NCBI GenBank assembly: GCA_032718475.1
Contig: JAUCBJ010006359.1
Location: 25,571-89,570, forward strand
Length of the DNA stretch: 64,000 bases
Direction: 5' to 3'
Source of the DNA: Nemertoderma westbladi
Taxonomy: Eukaryota; Animalia; Xenacoelomorpha
In this document: piece after piece, positions 12,201 through 26,912 of the stretch
Numbering within the stretch: position 1 is the stretch's first letter
Layout: every line of letters begins with the position of its first letter
Translations under genes and position numbers: made by a program
The notes under the pieces: generated by a model
Told to the model about the DNA's origin: nothing
The model's database searches: none
Seen by the model: only the letters and a program-made list of their open reading frames with translations

Positions 12201-15200
12201 AAAACGTGTTGTGAATGGCTGGGTTGGAGGATGAGAAAAAACGTGTTGGGAATGGGTGGGTTGGAGGATGAGAAAAACGTGTTGGGGATGGGCGGGTTGG
12301 CGGATGAGAAAAGACGTGTTGGGAATGGGTGGGTTGGAGGATGAGAAAAAACGTGTTGGGAATAGGTGGGCCGGAGGATGATAAAATCGTGTTGGGGATG
12401 GATGGGTTGGAGGATGAGAAAAAACATGTTGGGAATGGGTGGGTTGGAGGATGAGAAAAAACGTGTTGGGAATGGGTGGGTGGGAGGATGAGAAAAAACG
12501 TGTTGGGCATGGGTGGGTGGGAGGATGAGAAAAAACGTGTTGGGAATGGGTGGGTTGGAGGATGAGAAAAAACGTGTTGGGAATGGGTGGGTTGGAGGAT
12601 GAGAAAAAACGTGTTGGGAATGGGTCGGTTGGAGGATGAGAAAAAACGTGTTGGGGATGGGTGGGTGGAAGGTTGAGAAAAAACGTGTTGGGAATGGGTA
12701 GGTCGGAGGATGAGAAAAAACGTGCTGGGGATGGGTGGGTGGGAGGATGAGAAAAAACGTGTTGGGAATGGGTGGGCCGGAGGATGAGAAAAACGTGTTG
12801 GGGATGGGTGGGTTGGAGGATGAGAAAAAAACGTGTTGGGAATGGGTAGGTGGGAGGATGAGAAAAAAACGTGTTGGGAATGGGTGGGTGGGAGGATAAG
12901 AAAAAACGTGTTGTGAATGGGTGGGTGGGAGGATGAGAAAAAACGTGTTGGGGATGGGTGGGTGGGAGGATGAGAAAAAAACGTGTTGGGAATGGGTGGG
13001 TGGGAGGATAAGAAAAAACGTGTTGTGAATGGGTGGGTGGGAGGATGAGAAAAAACGTGTTGGGGATGGGTGGGCCGGAGGATGAGAAAAACGTGTTGGG
13101 GATGGGTGGGTGGGAGGATGAGAAAAAACGTGTTGGGAATGGGTGGGTGGGAGGATGAGAAAAAACGTGTTGGGAATGGGTGGGTGGAAGGATGAGAAAA
13201 AACGTGTTGGGAATAGGTGGGCCGGAGGATGAGAAAACGTGTTGGGGATGGGTGGGTGGGAGGATGAGAAAAAACGTGTTGGGGATGGGTGGGTGGGAGG
13301 ATGAGAAAAAAACGTGTTGGGAATGGGTGGGTGGGAGGATGAGAAAAAACGTGTTGTGAATGGGTGGGCCGGAGGATGAGAAAAAACGTGTTGGGAATGG
13401 GTGGGCGGGAGGATGAGAAAAAACGTGTTGGGAATGGGTGGGTGTGAGGATGAGAAAAACGTGTTGGGAATGGGTGGGTGGAAGGATGAGAAAACACGTG
13501 CTGGGAATGGGTGGGTGGGAGGATGAGAAAAAACGTGTTGTGAATGGGTGGGCCGGAGGGTGAGAAAAAACGTGTTGGGAATGGGTGGGTGGGAGGATGA
13601 GAAAAAACGTGTTGGGAATGGGTGGGTTGGAGGATGAGAAAAAACGTGTTGGGAATGGGTGGGTTGGAGGATGAGAAAAAACGTGTTGGGAATGGGTGGG
13701 TGGAAGGATGAGAAAAAATGTGTTGGGAATGGGTGGGTGGGAGGATGAGAAAAAACGTGTTGGGAATGGGTTGGTGGAAGGATGAGAAAAAACGTGTTGG
13801 GAATGGGTGGGTGGGAGGATGAGAAAAAACGTGTTGGGAATGGGTGGGTGGGAGGATGAGAAAAAACGTGTTGGGAATGGGTGGGTTGGAGGATGAGAAA
13901 AAACGTGTTGTGAATGGGTGGGTGGGAGGATGAGAAAAAACGTGTTGGGGATGGGTGGGCCGGAGGATGAGAAAAACGTGTTGGGGATGGGTGGGTGGGA
14001 GGAATGAGAAAAACGTGTTGGGAATGGGTGGGTGGAAGGATGAGAAAAAACGTGTTGGGAATGGGTGGGTGGGAGGATGAGAAAATCGTGTTGGGGATGG
14101 ATGGGTTGGAGGATGAGAAAAAACATGTTGGGAATGGGAGGGTTGGAGGATGAGAAAAAACGTGTTGGGAATGGGTGGGTGGGAGGATGAGAAAAAACGT
14201 GTTGGGGATGGGTGGGCCGGAGGATGAGAAAAACGTGTTGGGGATGGGTGGGTGGGAGGATGAGAAAAACGTGTTGGGAATGGGTGGGTGGAAGGATGAG
14301 AAAAAACGTTTTGGGAATGGGTGGGTGGGAGGATGAGAAAAAACGTGTTGGGCATGGGTGGGTGGGAGGATGAGAAAAAACGTGTTGGGAATGGGTGGGT
14401 TGGAGGATGAGAAAAAACGTGTTGGGAATGGGTGGGTTGGAGGATGAGAAAAAACGTGTTGGGAATGGGTCGGTTGGAGGATGAGAAAAAACGTGTTGGG
14501 GATGGGTGGGTGGAAGGTTGAGAAAAAACGTGTTGGGAATGGGTAGGTCGGAGGATGAGAAAAAACGTGCTGGGGATGGGTGGGTGGGAGGATGAGAAAA
14601 AACGTGTTGGGAATGGGTGGGCCGGAGGATGAGAAAAACGTTTTGGGGATGGGTGGGTTGGAGGATGAGAAAAAAACGTGTTGGGAATGGGTGGGTGGGA
14701 GGATGAGAAAAAACGTGTTGGGAATGGGTGGGTGGGAGGATAAGAAAAAACGTGTTGTGAATGGGTGGGTGGGAGGATGAGAAAAAACGTGTTGGGGATG
14801 GGGGGTGGGAGGATGAGAAAAAAACGTGTTGGGAATGGGTGGGTGGGAGGATAAGAAAAAACGTGTTGTGAATGGGTGGGTGGGAGGATGAGAAAAAACG
14901 TGTTGGGGATGGGTGGGCCGGAGGATGAGAAAAACGTGTTGGGGATGGGTGGGTGGGAGGATGAGAAAAACGTGTTGGGAATGGGTGGGTGGAAGGATGA
15001 GAAAAAACGTGTTGGGAATGGGTGGGTGGGAGGATGAGAAAAAACGTGTTGGGAATAGGTGGGCCGGAGGATGAGAAAACGTGTTGGGGATGGGTGGGTT
15101 GGAGGATGAGAAAAAAACGTGTTGGGAATGGGTGGGTGGGAGGATGAGAAAAAACGTGCTGTGAATGGGTGGGTGGGAGGATGAGAAAAAACGTGTTGTG

Positions 15201-18200
15201 AATGGCTGGGTTGGAGGATGAGAAAAAACGTGTTGGGAATGGGTGGGTTGGAGGATGAGAAAAACGTGTTGGGGATGGGCGGGTTGGAGGATGAGAAAAA
15301 ACGTGTTGGGAATGGGTGGGTTGGAGGATGAGAAAAAACGTGTTGGGAATAGGTGGGCCGGAGGATGATAAAATCGTGTTGGGGATGGATGGGTTGGAGG
15401 ATGAGAAAAAACATGTTGGGAATGGGTGGGTTGGAGGATGAGAAAAAACGTGTTGGGAATGGGTGGGTGGGAGGATGAGAAAAAACGTGTTGGGCATGGG
15501 TGGGTGGGAGGATGAGAAAAAACGTGTTGGGAATGGGTGGGTTGGAGGATGAGAAAAAACGTGTTGGGAATGGGTGGGTTGGAGGATGAGAAAAAACGTG
15601 TTGGGAATGGGTCGGTTGGAGGATGAGAAAAAACGTGTTGGGGATGGGTGGGTGGAAGGTTGAGAAAAAACGTGTTGGGAATGGGTAGGTCGGAGGATGA
15701 GAAAAAACGTGCTGGGGATGGGTGGGTGGGAGGATGAGAAAAAACGTGTTGGGAATGGGTGGGCCGGAGGATGAGAAAAACGTGTTGGGGATGGGTGGGT
15801 TGGAGGATGAGAAAAAAACGTGTTGGGAATGGGTAGGTGGGAGGATGAGAAAAAAACGTGTTGGGAATGGGTGGGTGGGAGGATAAGAAAAAACGTGTTG
15901 TGAATGGGTGGGTGGGAGGATGAGAAAAAACGTGTTGGGGATGGGTGGGTGGGAGGATGAGAAAAAAACGTGTTGGGAATGGGTGGGTGGGAGGATAAGA
16001 AAAAACGTGTTGTGAATGGGTGGGTGGGAGGATGAGAAAAAACGTGTTGGGAATGGGTGGGCCGGAGGATGAGAAAAACGTGTTGGGGATGGGTGGGTGG
16101 GAGGATGAGAAAAAACGTGTTGGGAATGGGTGGGTGGGAGGATGAGAAAAAACGTGTTGGGAATGGGTGGGTGGAAGGATGAGAAAAAACGTGTTGGGAA
16201 TAGGTGGGCCGGAGGATGAGAAAACGTGTTGGGGATGGGTGGGTGGGAGGATGAGAAAAAACGTGTTGGGGATGGGTGGGTGGGAGGATGAGAAAAAAAC
16301 GTGTTGGGAATGGGTGGGTGGGAGGATGAGAAAAAACGTGTTGTGAATGGGTGGGCCGGAGGATGAGAAAAAACGTGTTGGGAATGGGTGGGCGGGAGGA
16401 TGAGAAAAAACGTGTTGGGAATGGGTGGGTGTGAGGATGAGAAAAACGTGTTGGGAATGGGTGGGTGGAAGGATGAGAAAACACGTGCTGGGAATGGGTG
16501 GGTGGGAGGATGAGAAAAAACGTGTTGTGAATGGGTGGGCCGGAGGGTGAGAAAAAACGTGTTGGGAATGGGTGGGTGGGAGGATGAGAAAAAACGTGTT
16601 GGGAATGGGTGGGTTGGAGGATGAGAAAAAACGTGTTGGGAATGGGTGGGTTGGAGGATGAGAAAAAACGTGTTGGGAATGGGTGGGTGGAAGGATGAGA
16701 AAAAATGTGTTGGGAATGGGTGGGTGGGAGGATGAGAAAAAACGTGTTGGGAATGGGTTGGTGGAAGGATGAGAAAAAACGTGTTGGGAATGGGTGGGTG
16801 GGAGGATGAGAAAAAACGTGTTGGGAATGGGTGGGTGGGAGGATGAGAAAAAACGTGTTGGGAATGGGTGGGCCGGAGGATGAGAAAAACGTGTTGGGGA
16901 TGGGTGGGTGGGACGATGAGAAAAACGTGTTGGGAATGGGCGGGTGGGAGGATGAGAAAAAACGTGTTGGGAATGGGTGGGCCGGAGGATGAGAAAAACG
17001 TGTTGGGGATGGGTAGGTGGGAGGATGAGAAAAACGTGTTGGGAATGGGTGGGCCGGAGGATGAGAAAAACGTGTTGGGAATGGGTGGGTGGAAGGATGA
17101 GAAAAAACGTGTTGGGAATGGGTGGGTGGGAGGATGAGAAAAAACGTGTTGGGAATAGGTGGGCCGGAGGATGAGAAAACGTGTTGGGGATGGGTGGGTT
17201 GGAGGATGAGAAAAAAACGTGTTGGGAATGGGTGGGTGGGAGGATGAGAAAAAACGTGCTGTGAATGGGTGGGTGGGAGGATGAGAAAAAACGTGTTGTG
17301 AATGGCTGGGTTGGAGGATGAGAAAAAACGTGTTGGGAATGGGTGGGTTGGAGGATGAGAAAAACGTGTTGGGGATGGGCGGGTTGGAGGATGAGAAAAA
17401 ACGTGTTGGGAATGGGTGGGTTGGAGGATGAGAAAAAACGTGTTGGGAATAGGTGGGCCGGAGGATGATAAAATCGTGTTGGGGATGGATGGGTTGGAGG
17501 ATGAGAAAAAACATGTTGGGAATGGGTGGGTTGGAGGATGAGAAAAAACGTGTTGGGAATGGGTGGGTGGGAGGATGAGAAAAAACGTGTTGGGCATGGG
17601 TGGGTGGGAGGATGAGAAAAAACGTGTTGGGAATGGGTGGGTTGGAGGATGAGAAAAAACGTGTTGGGAATGGGTGGGTTGGAGGATGAGAAAAAACGTG
17701 TTGGGAATGGGTCGGTTGGAGGATGAGAAAAAACGTGTTGGGGATGGGTGGGTGGAAGGTTGAGAAAAAACGTGTTGGGAATGGGTAGGTCGGAGGATGA
17801 GAAAAAACGTGCTGGGGATGGGTGGGTGGGACGATGAGAAAAAACGTGTTGGGAATGGGTGGGCCGGAGGATGAGAAAAACGTGTTGGGGATGGGTGGGT
17901 TGGAGGATGAGAAAAAAACGTGTTGGGAATGGGTAGGTGGGAGGATGAGAAAAAAACGTGTTGGGAATGGGTGGGTGGGAGGATAAGAAAAAACGTGTTG
18001 TGAATGGGTGGGTGGGAGGATGAGAAAAAACGTGTTGGGGATGGGTGGGTGGGAGGATGAGAAAAAAACGTGTTGGGAATGGGTGGGTGGGAGGATAAGA
18101 AAAAACGTGTTGTGAATGGGTGGGTGGGAGGATGAGAAAAAACGTGTTGGGGATGGGTGGGCCGGAGGATGAGAAAAACGTGTTGGGGATGGGTGGGTGG

Positions 18201-20641
18201 GAGGATGAGAAAAAACGTGTTGGGAATGGGTGGGTGGGAGGATGAGAAAAAACGTGTTGGGAATGGGTGGGTGGAAGGATGAGAAAAAACGTGTTGGGAA
18301 TAGGTGGGCCGGAGGATGAGAAAACGTGTTGGGGATGGGTGGGTGGGAGGAAGAGAAAAAACGTGTTGGGGATGGGTGGGTGGGAGGATGAGAAAAAAAC
18401 GTGTTGGGAATGGGTGGGTGGGAGGATAAGAAAAAACGTGTTGTGAATGGGTGGGTGGGAGGATGAGAAAACGTGTTGGGGATGGGTGGGTGGGAGGATG
18501 AGAAAAAACGTGTTGGGGATGGGTGGGTGGGAGGATGAGAAAAAAACGTGTTGGGAATGGGTGGGTGGGAGGATAAGAAAAAACGTGTTGTGAATGGGTG
18601 GGTGGGAGGATGAGAAAAAACGTGTTGGGGATGGGTGGGCCGGAGGATGAGAAAAACGTGTTGGGGATGGGTGGGTGGGAGGATGAGAAAAACGTGTTGG
18701 GAATGGGTGGGTGGAAGGATGAGAAAAAACGTGTTGGGAATGGGTGGGTGGGAGGATGAGAAAAAACGTGTTGGGAATAGGTGGGCCGGAGGATGAGAAA
18801 ACGTGTTGGGGATGGGTGGGTTGGAGGATGAGAAAAAACGTGTTGGGAATGGGTGGGTGGGAGGATGAGAAAAAACGTGTTGTGAATGGGTAGGTGGGAG
18901 GATGAGAAAAAACGTGTTGTGAATGGGTGGGCCGGAGGATGAGAAAACGTGTTGGGGATGGGTGGGTTGGAGGATGAGAAAATCGTGTTGGGAATGGGTG
19001 GGTGGAAGGATGAGAAAACACGTGCTGGGAATGGGTGGGTGGGAGGATGAGAAAAAACGTGTTGTGAATGGGTGGGCCGGAGGATGAGAAAACGTGTTGG
19101 GGATGGGTGGGTTGGAGGATGAGAAAAAACGTGTTGGGAATGGGTGGGTGGGAGGATGAGAAAAAACGTGTTGTGAATGGGTGGGCCGGAGGATGAGAAA
19201 AAACGTGTTGGGAATGGGTGGGCGGGAGGATGAGAAAAAACGTGTTGGGAATGGGTGGGTGTGAGGATGAGAAAAACGTGTTGGGAATGGGTGGGTGGAA
19301 GGATGAGAAAACACGTGCTGGGAATGGGTGGGTGGGAGGATGAGAAAAAACGTGTTGTGAATGGGTGGGCCGGAGGGTGAGAAAAAACGTGTTGGGAATG
19401 GGTGGGTGGGAGGATGAGAAAAAACGTGTTGGGAATGGGTGGGTTGGAGGATGAGAAAAAACGTGTTGGGAATGGGTGGGTTGGAGGATGAGAAAAAACG
19501 TGTTGGGAATGGGTGGGTGGAAGGATGAGAAAAAATGTGTTGGGAATGGGTGGGTGGGAGGATGAGAAAAAACGTGTTGGGAATGGGTTGGTGGAAGGAT
19601 GAGAAAAAACGTGTTGGGAATGGGTGGGTGGGAGGATGAGAAAAAACGTGTTGGGAATGGGTGGGTGGGAGGATGAGAAAAAACGTGTTGGGAATGGGTG
19701 GGCCGGAGGATGAGAAAAACGTGTTGGGGATGGGTGGGTGGGACGATGAGAAAAACGTGTTGGGAATGGGCGGGTGGGAGGATGAGAAAAAACGTGTTGG
19801 GAATGGGTGGGCCGGAGGATGAGAAAAACGTGTTGGGGATGGGTAGGTGGGAGGATGAGAAAAACGTGTTGGGAATGGGTGGGCCGGAGGATGAGAAAAA
19901 CGTGTTGGGAATGGGTGGGTGGAAGGATGAGAAAACACGTGCTGGGAATGGGTGGGTGGGAGGATGAGAAAAAACGTGTTGTGAATGGGTGGGCCGGAGG
20001 ATGAGAAAACGTGTTGGGGATGGGTGGGTTGGAGGATGAGAAAAAAACGTGTTGTGAATGGGTGGGTGGGAGGATGAGAAAAAACGTGTTGTGAATGGGT
20101 GGGTGGGAGGATGAGAAAAAACGTGTTGTGAATGGGTGGGGCGGAGGATGAGAAAAAACGTGTTGGGAATGGGTGGGCGGGAGGATGAGAAAAAACGTGT
20201 TGGGAATGGGTGGGTGTGAGGATGAGAAAAACGTGTTGGGAATGGGTGGGTGGAAGGATGAGAAAAAACGTGTTGGGAATGGGTGGGTGGAAGGATGAGA
20301 AAAAATGTGTTGGGAATGGGTGGGTGGGAGGATGAGAAAAAACGTGTTGGGAATGGGTTGGTGGAAGGATGAGAAAAAAGGTGTTGGGAATGGGTGGGTG
20401 GGAGGATGAGAAAAAACGTGTTGGGAATGGGTGGGTGGGAGGATGAGAAAAAAACGTGTTGGGAACGGGTGGCTAGGAGGATGAAAAAAAAAACGTGTTG
20501 GAAATAGGTGGGCCGGAGGATGAGAAAAACGTGTTGGGGATGGGTGGGTGGGAGGATGAGAAAAAACGTGTTGGGAATGGGTGGGTGGGAGGATGAGAAA
20601 AAACGTGTTGGGAATGGGTGGGTGGGAGGATGAGAAAAAAC
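6203..20641 (+). repeat. ~37-bp G-rich satellite (TGGGAGGATGAGAAAAAACGTGTTGGGAATGGGTGGG), ~390 units, with higher-order repeats
   Basis: Units of 35-38 bp read directly; the common unit contains GGGAATGGGTGGGTGGG. Confidence 0.97.
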
Positions 20642-20691
20642 TTCGAAAAATTTCAGTTCTGCAATGTTGTGTATTTATTAAATATAATAAA

Positions 20692-23600
20692 AGCCACTAA
20701 TTGAATGCCACCCCAAATTAGATGATTTCACACCAATTATTTTTTTATTGTTTATTTCACACCATTATTTAGCACCAAAAATATTTTTTTTGTAGCACCA
20801 ATTTACATTCCCCATTTTGAATATCTCTCTCACCAAAAACAATTATTCATCCCCCAAAAACAATAATTCATCCCCAAAAACTATTATTCACCACCCCCCC
20901 CCCCCCTCCCAAAAAAAAATAAACAATTATCCATCACCCAAAAACAATTATTCATCCCCCAAAAACAAAAACTCATTCTCCCAAAAACAATTATTCATAC
21001 CCTAAAATCAATTATTCAATCTCCCTAAAATAATTACTTGTCAACCAAAAACAATTCTTCCAGCACCAAATATGTTATGAAAAATTTAATTATAGAAAAT
21101 CGTTCACTATTTATTTCCATAAATCAAACAAAATGTTTAATCATATTACCGACGATCCTCGGGTGAGTACAAAACAAAGACCCAATTATAAAAACCTGCA
21201 TAATCTTGTAAGATGTTAACTTTCTTTTCTTGTTTTGGACCCTCCAACACGCTTCTGTAACCTGCTCCTTTACTAACCTGCTCCAGTATTTATTTTGGGG
21301 GATTATGTATTTATTTTGGGGGATTATGTATTTATTTTGGGGGATTATGTATTTATTTTGGGGGATTATGTATTTATTTTGGGGGATTATGTATTTAGTT
21401 TGGGGGATTATGTATTTATTTTGGAGGATTATGTATTTATTTTGGGGGATTATGTATTTATTTTGGGGGATTATGTATTTATTTTGGAGGATTATGTATT
21501 TATTTTGGGGGATTATGTATTTATTTTGGGGGATTATGTATTTATTTTGGGGGATTATGTATTTATTTTGGGGGATTATGTATTTATTTTGTGGGATTAT
21601 GTATTTATTTTGGGGGATTATGTATTTATTTTGGGGGATTATGTATTTATTTTGGGGGATTATGTATTTATTTTGGAGGATTATGTATTTATTTTGGGGG
21701 ATTATGTATTTATTTTGGGGGATTATGAATTTATTTTGGGGGATTATGTATTTATTTTGGGGGATTATGTATTTATTTTGGGGGATTATGTATTTATTTT
21801 GGGGGATTATGTATTTATTTTGGGGGATTATGTATTTATTTTGGAGGATTATGTATTTATTTTGGGGGATTATGTATTTATTTTGGGGGATTATGTATTT
21901 ATTTTGGGGGATTATGAATTTATTTTGGGGGATTATGTATTTATTTTGGGGGATTATGTATTTATTTTGGGGGATTATGTATTTATTTTGGGGGATTATG
22001 TATTTATTTTGGAGGATTATGTATTTATTTTGGGGGATTATGTATTTATTTTGGGGGATTATGAATTTATTTTGGGGGATTATGTATTTATTTTGGGGGA
22101 TTATGTATTTATTTTGGGGGATTATGTATTTATTTTGGAGGATTATGTATTTATTTTGGGGGATTATGTATTTATTTTGGGGGATTATGTATTTATTTTG
22201 GGGGATTATGTATTTATTTTGGGGGATTATGTATTTATTTTGGGGGATTATGTATTTATTTTGGGGGATTATGTATTTATTTTGGGGGATTATGTATTTA
22301 TTTTGGGGGATTATGTATTTATTTTGGAGGATTATGTATTTATTTTGGGGGATTATGTATTTATTTTGGGGGATTATGTATTTATTTTGGGGGATTATGT
22401 ATTTATTTTGGGGGATTATGTATTTATTTTGGGGGATTATGTATTTATTTTGGGGGATTATGTATTTATTTTGGGGGATTATGTATTTATTTTGGGGGAT
22501 TATGTATTTATTTTGGGGGATTATGTATTTATTTTGGGGGATTATGTATTTATTTTGTGGGATTATGTATTTATTTTGGGGGATTATGTATTTATTTTGG
22601 GGGATTATGTATTTATTTTGGGGGATTATGTATTTATTTTGGAGGATTATGTATTTATTTTGGGGGATTATGTATTTATTTTGGGGGATTATGTATTTAT
22701 TTTGGGGGATTATGTATTTATTTTGGGGGATTATGTATTTATTTTGGGGGATTATGTATTTATTTTGGGGGATTATGTATTTATTTTGGAGGATTATGTA
22801 TTTATTTTGGGGGATTATGTATTTATTTTGGGGGATTATGTATTTATTTTGGGGGATTATGTATTTATTTTGGGGGATTATGTATTTATTTTGTGGGATT
22901 ATGTATTTATTTTGGGGGATTATGTATTTATTTTGGGGGATTATGTATTTATTTTGGGGGATTATGTATTTATTTTGGAGGATTATGTATTTATTTTGGG
23001 GGATTATGTATTTATTTTGGGGGATTATGAATTTATTTTGGGGGATTATGTATTTATTTTGGGGGATTATGTATTTATTTTGGGGGATTATGTATTTATT
23101 TTGGGGGATTATGTATTTATTTTGGAGGATTATGTATTTATTTTGGGGGATTATGTATTTATTTTGGGGGATTATGAATTTATTTTGGGGGATTATGTAT
23201 TTATTTTGGGGGATTATGTATTTATTTTGGGGGATTATGTATTTATTTTGGAGGATTATGTATTTATTTTGGGGGATTATGTATTTATTTTGGGGGATTA
23301 TGTATTTATTTTGGGGGATTATGTATTTATTTTGGGGGATTATGTATTTATTTTGTGGGATTATGTATTTATTTTGGGGGATTATGTATTTATTTTGGGG
23401 GATTATGTATTTATTTTGGGGGATTATGTATTTATTTTGGAGGATTATGTATTTATTTTGGGGGATTATGTATTTATTTTGGGGGATTATGTATTTATTT
23501 TGGGGGATTATGTATTTATTTTGGGGGATTATGTATTTATTTTGGGGGATTATGTATTTATTTTGGGGGATTATGTATTTATTTTGGGGGATTATGTATT

Positions 23601-26600
23601 TATTTTGGGGGATTATGTATTTATTTTGGAGGATTATGTATTTATTTTGGGGGATTATGTATTTATTTTGGGGGATTATGAATTTATTTTGGGGGATTAT
23701 GTATTTATTTTGGGGGATTATGTATTTATTTTGGGGGATTATGTATTTATTTTGTGGGATTATGTATTTATTTTGGGGGATTATGTATTTATTTTGGGGG
23801 ATTATGTATTTATTTTGGGGGATTATGTATTTATTTTGGGGGATTATGTATTTATTTTGGGGGATTATGTATTTATTTTGGGGGATTATGTATTTATTTT
23901 GGAGGATTATGTATTTATTTTGGGGGATTATGTATTTATTTTGGGGGATTATGTATTTATTTTGGGGGATTATGTATTTATTTTGGGGGATTATGTATTT
24001 ATTTTGGGGGATTATGTATTTATTTTGGGGGATTATGTATTTATTTTGGGGGATTATGTATTTATTTTGGGGGATTATGTATTTATTTTGGAGGATTATG
24101 TATTTATTTTGGGGGATTATGTATTTATTTTGGGGGATTATGTATTTATTTTGGGGGATTATGTATTTATTTTGGGGGATTATGTATTTATTTTGGGGGA
24201 TTATGTATTTATTTTGGGGGATTATGTATTTATTTTGGGGGATTATGTATTTATTTTGGGGGATTATGTATTTATTTTGGGGGATTATGTATTTATTTTG
24301 GAGGATTATGTATTTATTTTGGGGGATTATGTATTTATTTTGGGGGATTATGTATTTATTTTGGGGGATTATGTATTTATTTTGGGGGATTATGTATTTA
24401 TTTTGTGGGATTATGTATTTATTTTGGGGGATTATGTATTTATTTTGGGGGATTATGTATTTATTTTGGGGGATTATGTATTTATTTTGGAGGATTATGT
24501 ATTTATTTTGTGGGATTATGTATTTATTTTGGGGGATTATGTATTTATTTTGGGGGATTATGTATTTATTTTGGGGGATTATGTATTTATTTTGGGGGAT
24601 TATGTATTTATTTTGGGGGATTATGTATTTATTTTGGGGGATTATGTATTTATTTTGGGGGATTATGTATTTATTTTGGGGGATTATGTATTTATTTTGG
24701 GGGATTATGTATTTATTTTGGGGGATTATGTATTTATTTTGGGGGATTATGTATTTATTTTGGGGGATTATGTATTTATTTTGGGGGATTATGTATTTAT
24801 TTTGGGGGATTATGTATTTATTTTGGGGGATTATGTATTTATTTTGGGGGATTATGTATTTATTTTGGGGGATTATGTATTTATTTTGGGGGATTATGTA
24901 TTTATTTTGGGGGATTATGTATTTATTTTGGGGGAATATGTATTTATTTTGGGGGAATATGTACTTATTTTGGGGGAATATGTACTTATTTTGGGGGAAT
25001 ATGTATATATTTTGGGGGAATATGTATATATTTTGGGGGAATATGTACTTATTTTGGGGGAATATGTATATATTTTGGGGGAATATGTATATATTTTGGG
25101 GGAATATGTATTTATTTTAGGGGAATATGTATTTATTTTGGGGGAATATGTATTTATTTTGGGGGAATATGTATTTATTTTGGGGGAATATGTAATTATT
25201 TTGGGGGAATATGTATTTATTTTTTGGGATTAAATATGGTATTTATTTTGGGGGATTATGTACAGTATTTATTTTGGGGGATTATGTATTTATTTTGGGA
25301 AAATTTGTATTTATTTTGGGGGAATATGTATTTATTTTGGGGGATTATGTATTTATTTTGTGGGATTATGTATTTATTTTGGGGGATTATGTATTTATTT
25401 TGGGGGATTATGTATTTATTTTGGGGGATTATGTATTTATTTTGGAGGATTATGTATTTATTTTGGGGGATTATGTATTTATTTTGGGGGATTATGTATT
25501 TATTTTGGGGGATTATGTATTTATTTTGGGGGATTATGTATTTATTTTGGGGGATTATGTATTTATTTTGGGGGATTATGTATTTATTTTGGGGGATTAT
25601 GTATTTATTTTGGGGGATTATGTATTTATTTTGGAGGATTATGTATTTATTTTGGGGGATTATGTATTTATTTTGGGGGATTATGTATTTATTTTGGGGG
25701 ATTATGTATTTATTTTGGGGGATTATGTATTTATTTTGGGGGATTATGTATTTATTTTGGGGATTATGTATTTATTTTGGGGGATTATGTATTTATTTTG
25801 GGGGATTATGTATTTATTTTGGGGGATTATGTATTTATTTTGGGGGATTATGTATTTATTTTGGGGGATTATGTATTTATTTTGGGGGATTATGTATTTA
25901 TTTTGGGGGATTATGTATTTATTTTGGGGGATTATGTATTTATTTTGGGGGATTATGTATTTATTTTGGGGGATTATGTATTTATTTTGGGGGATTATGT
26001 ATTTATTTTGGGGGATTATGTATTTATTTTGGGGGATTATGTATTTATTTTGGGGGATTATGTATTTATTTTGGGGGATTATGTATTTATTTTGGAGGAT
26101 TATGTATTTATTTTGGGGGATTATGTATTTATTTTGGGGGATTATGTATTTATTTTGGGGATTATGTATTTATTTTGGGGGATTATGTATTTATTTTGGG
26201 GGATTATGTATTTATTTTGGGGGATTATGTATTTATTTTGGGGGATTATGTATTTATTTTGGGGGATTATGTATTTATTTTGGGGGATTATGTATTTATT
26301 TTGGGGGATTATGTATTTATTTTGGGGGATTATGTATTTATTTTGGGGGATTATGTATTTATTTTGGGGGATTATGTATTTATTTTGGGGGATTATGTAT
26401 TTATTTTGGGGGATTATGTATTTATTTTGGGGGATTATGTATTTATTTTGGGGGATTATGTATTTATTTTGGGGGATTATGTATTTATTTTGGGGGATTA
26501 TGTATTTATTTTGGGGGATTATGTATTTATTTTGGGGGATTATGTATTTATTTTGGGGATTTGTCACATTTATTTTGGGAAAATTTGTATTTATTTCTGG

Positions 26601-26804
26601 GGGTTTTGTCTTTATTTATTTTGGTGTGAATAATTGTTTTTGGTGTTGAAATATTTATTTTGGTTTTTGAATAATTTATTTGGCGTGACTTTATTTTATT
26701 TGGTGTTGAATAATTTTTTTTGGGGTCACATTATTTAAATTGATGTAATATAATTTTTTTGGTGAAATTTTCATCGATTTTGGTATGACTTTAATTGGTA
26801 GCCG
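20692..26804. mobile_element. Putative TIR element with repetitive arms that encloses the 21-bp satellite
   Basis: Left arm carries CCCCAAAAACAATTATTCAT-type repeats and the right arm their reverse complements. Ends GCCACTAATTGAATGCC and rc GCTACCAATTAAAGTC are similar. ATAATAAA lies on both flanks. Confidence 0.5.
21286..26600 (+). repeat. 21-bp satellite (GTATTTATTTTGGGGGATTAT), ~250 units
   Basis: Highly homogeneous array; explains the 7-aa periodic ORFs. Confidence 0.97.
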
Positions 26805-26912
26805 ATAATAAATGTCCTCCATCGAAGATCGAACGATAATTCTTGCCATCTTTGAACACATATATGTACCCCAGCAGTTTCTCAACTAAATTCAAACATA
26901 GTTACATCATGA

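Noticed and set aside
6073-19938. 4621-, 3817- and 2761-aa minus-strand ORFs
   Set aside because: They are the stop-free strand of the 37-bp satellite, open in all three frames with frame-shifting unit lengths.
21230-26649. (IMYLFWG)n / (DYVFILG)n ORFs
   Set aside because: Translation of a 21-bp satellite, open in all frames.
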